Shown here: piece after piece, positions 61,413 to 64,000 of the stretch | How the letters are laid out: each line of letters opens with the position of its first letter | Numbering within the stretch: position 1 is the stretch's first letter | Assembly: GCA_043228905.1 (NCBI GenBank) | Contig: JBHGNT010000013.1 | Coordinates: 3,286,001 to 3,350,000 of the forward strand | Direction of reading: 5' to 3' | Source: Azolla caroliniana | Taxonomy: Eukaryota > Plantae > Polypodiophyta | Length of the DNA: 64,000 bases | The notes under the pieces: model-generated | The model's input: only the letters and a program-made list of their open reading frames with translations | The model's database searches: none | What the model was told of the DNA's origin: nothing | Translations under genes and position numbers: made by a program

Positions 61413-64000
61413 AGCGGACTATTGAAGCATGGGGCACAAATAGTCCGAGCAATCACAAGACCCCACAAGAAAGAAGAGTGCGTGGATTGCAAGGAGAAGC
61501 AACATGTGTCACACCTAGTGGCGCATGTAAACTAGTACTACCCGACAAGAAGCACAAGCACCGGATACAAGAATTCGAGAAGATGCTGAAAGAAGAGAAC
61601 ATAATAGAAGAAGGGTAGTTCGTGACTCATATTATGGAAGAAGCCTCATTTAACGACACCATCGGCGAAATCGAGGACGTCGTGGACTTGAGCTATCTTC
61701 ACAACCAATGCGTGATTTCGGTTAACTCCGTCAACATGTACGCTATCATCGATGAATACCATCGTGGCATCTCGATGAAGGAAGCTGACATCAACACGAA
61801 ATATAAAACGGTGGATAAGAAGATCAAGCCAGTTGCGGTTCCGCTACCGGAAGATAGCTGGCAAAAGATGAAGGAAGTCGCTAACGATCCAAGCTTAAGA
61901 GATTCGAAGAAGATAAGTCATGACTTCACCAAAGAGACGAAGGGGAAGCTACGAGTTGGAAAGGAGGATTTCCTTCTCCCTGAAGAGGAGCGAATGTTTC
62001 GCGATATGCTTGAGAGACATGGGAAGGCTTTCGCATTCTTCCCACGAGAAATCGGATGCGCCGACCCAAAGGTTATAGAGGCAATGGTGATCTTCACGGT
62101 GCCTCATGTGCCTTGGAATTTGAAACCGATACCGGTTCCGAGAGCACACCTTCCGAAGTTGATCGAGCTCTTAAAGGAGAAGGTGAGTACGGGGATTCTA
62201 GAACCGTCGAATGCTCCTTATTCCAATAGGTGGTTCACGGTGCCGAAGAAGAATGGATCATTGCGATTCATCCAAGATCTTCAACCCGTCAACAAGGTGA
62301 CAATTCGAAATGCCGGAATCGGTCCGAGCGTGGACGAATTTGCCGAAGCGTTTGCAGGCCGGTCCATCTACTCCATTGGCGATCTCTACTCCGGATATGA
62401 CCAATTCCAATTGGCGATCGACAGTCGGGACATTACAACCATGAGGACTCCGATCGGGCTTGTGCGGATGTGTACCTTACCCCAAGGCGCAACGAACTCG
62501 GTGGCTCATATGGTGAATGCCATGAATAAAGTCTTGAAGGATTGCATTCCGGACATCACGATGCCATTCTTGGATGATATTCCGATAAAAGGATGTTCGG
62601 ATGAGGAGAAAGATGAATCGAAAGATAAGGAAGGTTGTAGAAAGTTCGTTGCGGATCATATGAAAGATTGCGAGAAGGTGCTTCAAAGGCTCGAAGATGC
62701 GAATTTGACATTTTCGGGAGAAAAATCCGCATTCGGGCAACCGGAGATCTTGGTGGTAGGTCACTTGTGTGGAGCATACGGCCGGAAGCCCTCGCCATCC
62801 AAAGTGAACGCAATCCAAGACATGAAAGAAGAATGCGAAAACCAAACGGAGGTTCGAAGGTTCCTTCGAGCGTGCGCGTTTTATCATATATGGATTCCTC
62901 ACTACGCTAATGTCGCCGAACTGTTATATGGACTACTAAAGAAAAGAATAAAGTTCGAATGGCGAGACGAGCACACAGAGGCAATGCGAAGATTAAAGAA
63001 ACTGCTTCTTGAAGCTCCGGCACTAAGGAAGGCCGACTATGCCGAAGGGAAACCAATTTACGTGACCGTAGATACGAGCCCAACCGGAATCGGGTGGGTC
63101 ATCAATCAAGAAGGTGAAGATAATGCGCGATATGCCGTCTGGTTCGGAGCAAAGGTTCTCAGCGAACGACAACAAAGATATGCCCAAGTCAAGCGGGAAC
63201 TTTGGGGTATTGTGTCGGCAGTGAAGACGGACAAAGATTACCTGATCGGGTCAGAAGTGATAATAGAGACAGATTGTCTCCCAATTCTCGGAATGGTCTC
63301 GGGATGTGCGACCCCAGATCTTGCTATGCTAAGGTGGATCGCCTACATCAAGTCTTTAAACCCAGAGATCCGCCACATCGCAGGGAAGAAGAACGCCATG
63401 GCTGACATGCTGTCGAGGGCAAGATTTTCAAATGGAAGTAACATGGTTTCGGAAGATGAAGATGTCGCCCTCAACTTCTTCAAGATGTCTCGATTGTCGG
63501 CGGAAGACCAGGACACACAAACCCTCCACGCCTTCAATGAGAATGAGTACGAAGGAGAATGGTTACTCATCGGTAGATTCCTAAGAACATTGACGACAGA
63601 TGCTTCGTTGACAAAGGAGGAGGCCCTACGAATCCGAAAGAAAGCTTATCGATACTTCTTGAAGGGAGGATTCCTTTGGCGACATCCAAAAAGAAGGACA
63701 GGAATACCACGTCGAGTGGTGGTAAAGAAAGAAGAGCAAGAGACGCTGATGACCGAATTCCACGAGAGTGCTTGGGCAGGTCATAGAGGAACATGGGCGA
63801 CGTTCGAAAAATTGAAGGAGAAGTATTGGTGGCCAAGCATGTACAAAGATGTACTCCATTTCGTGTCCACATGTGAAACTTGCCAAATATATTCAAATAT
63901 ACGTCATCGTGATGAGTTAAAACCGACATACCCACTCACCATTCACTTCAAATGGATGGTGGATCTGGTCTCGATGCCAATGGGAGTGGGACAAATGAAG
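61403..64000 (+). CDS. Gypsy J pol (RT, RNase H, start of integrase), -1 frame, one in-frame stop at 61616; partial
   Basis: Manual translation: YKTVDKKIKPV, RFIQDLQPVN, DLYSGYDQF, LPQGATNS, PFLDDIPIKG, VDTSPTGIG, ADMLSR, H..WAGHRG..CETCQ. Probably missing from the ORF track because no stop is reached. Confidence 0.88.

Larger units (their letters stand above)
58170..64000 (+). mobile_element. Gypsy J (fungal-like lineage, tRNA-Trp primed); runs off the right edge
   Basis: LTR 58170..59149, PBS, gag-PR ORF, pol in the -1 frame. Confidence 0.92.

Overview
Eukaryotic, plant-type DNA, most likely from a bryophyte or another non-seed plant (inferred only from the retroelement lineages). About 90% of the window is a nested stack of transposable elements. 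The only host gene I can support is one tRNA-Pro(UGG). Contents: one Tnt1/Tork-like Copia; six copies or fragments of one Copia family resembling Bryco/RLC5, inserted into each other; an RTEX-like LINE split by a Copia with an intact CCATT target-site duplication (TSD); several chromovirus Gypsy elements; two young, related tRNA-Arg-primed Gypsy elements (G and H, with H nested in G), each carrying a large extra sense ORF after pol; a Sola2-like transposase with a tandem array; and a tRNA-Trp-primed, fungal-like Gypsy that runs off the right end. Main observations: (1) antisense tRNA-like A-box/B-box modules in the U3 of five LTRs from two Gypsy lineages; (2) a conserved accessory protein (PMD-like head plus coiled coil) and a non-purine motif in place of the polypurine tract (PPT) in G and H; (3) an apparent copy of the primer tRNA 3' end retained beyond the 3' LTR of G; (4) an 11-nt Tf1-type self-priming signature; (5) a -1 slippery site after the protease; (6) an inversion-duplication inside H. 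All alignments were made by eye, and lineage names come from recalled motifs, not database searches.
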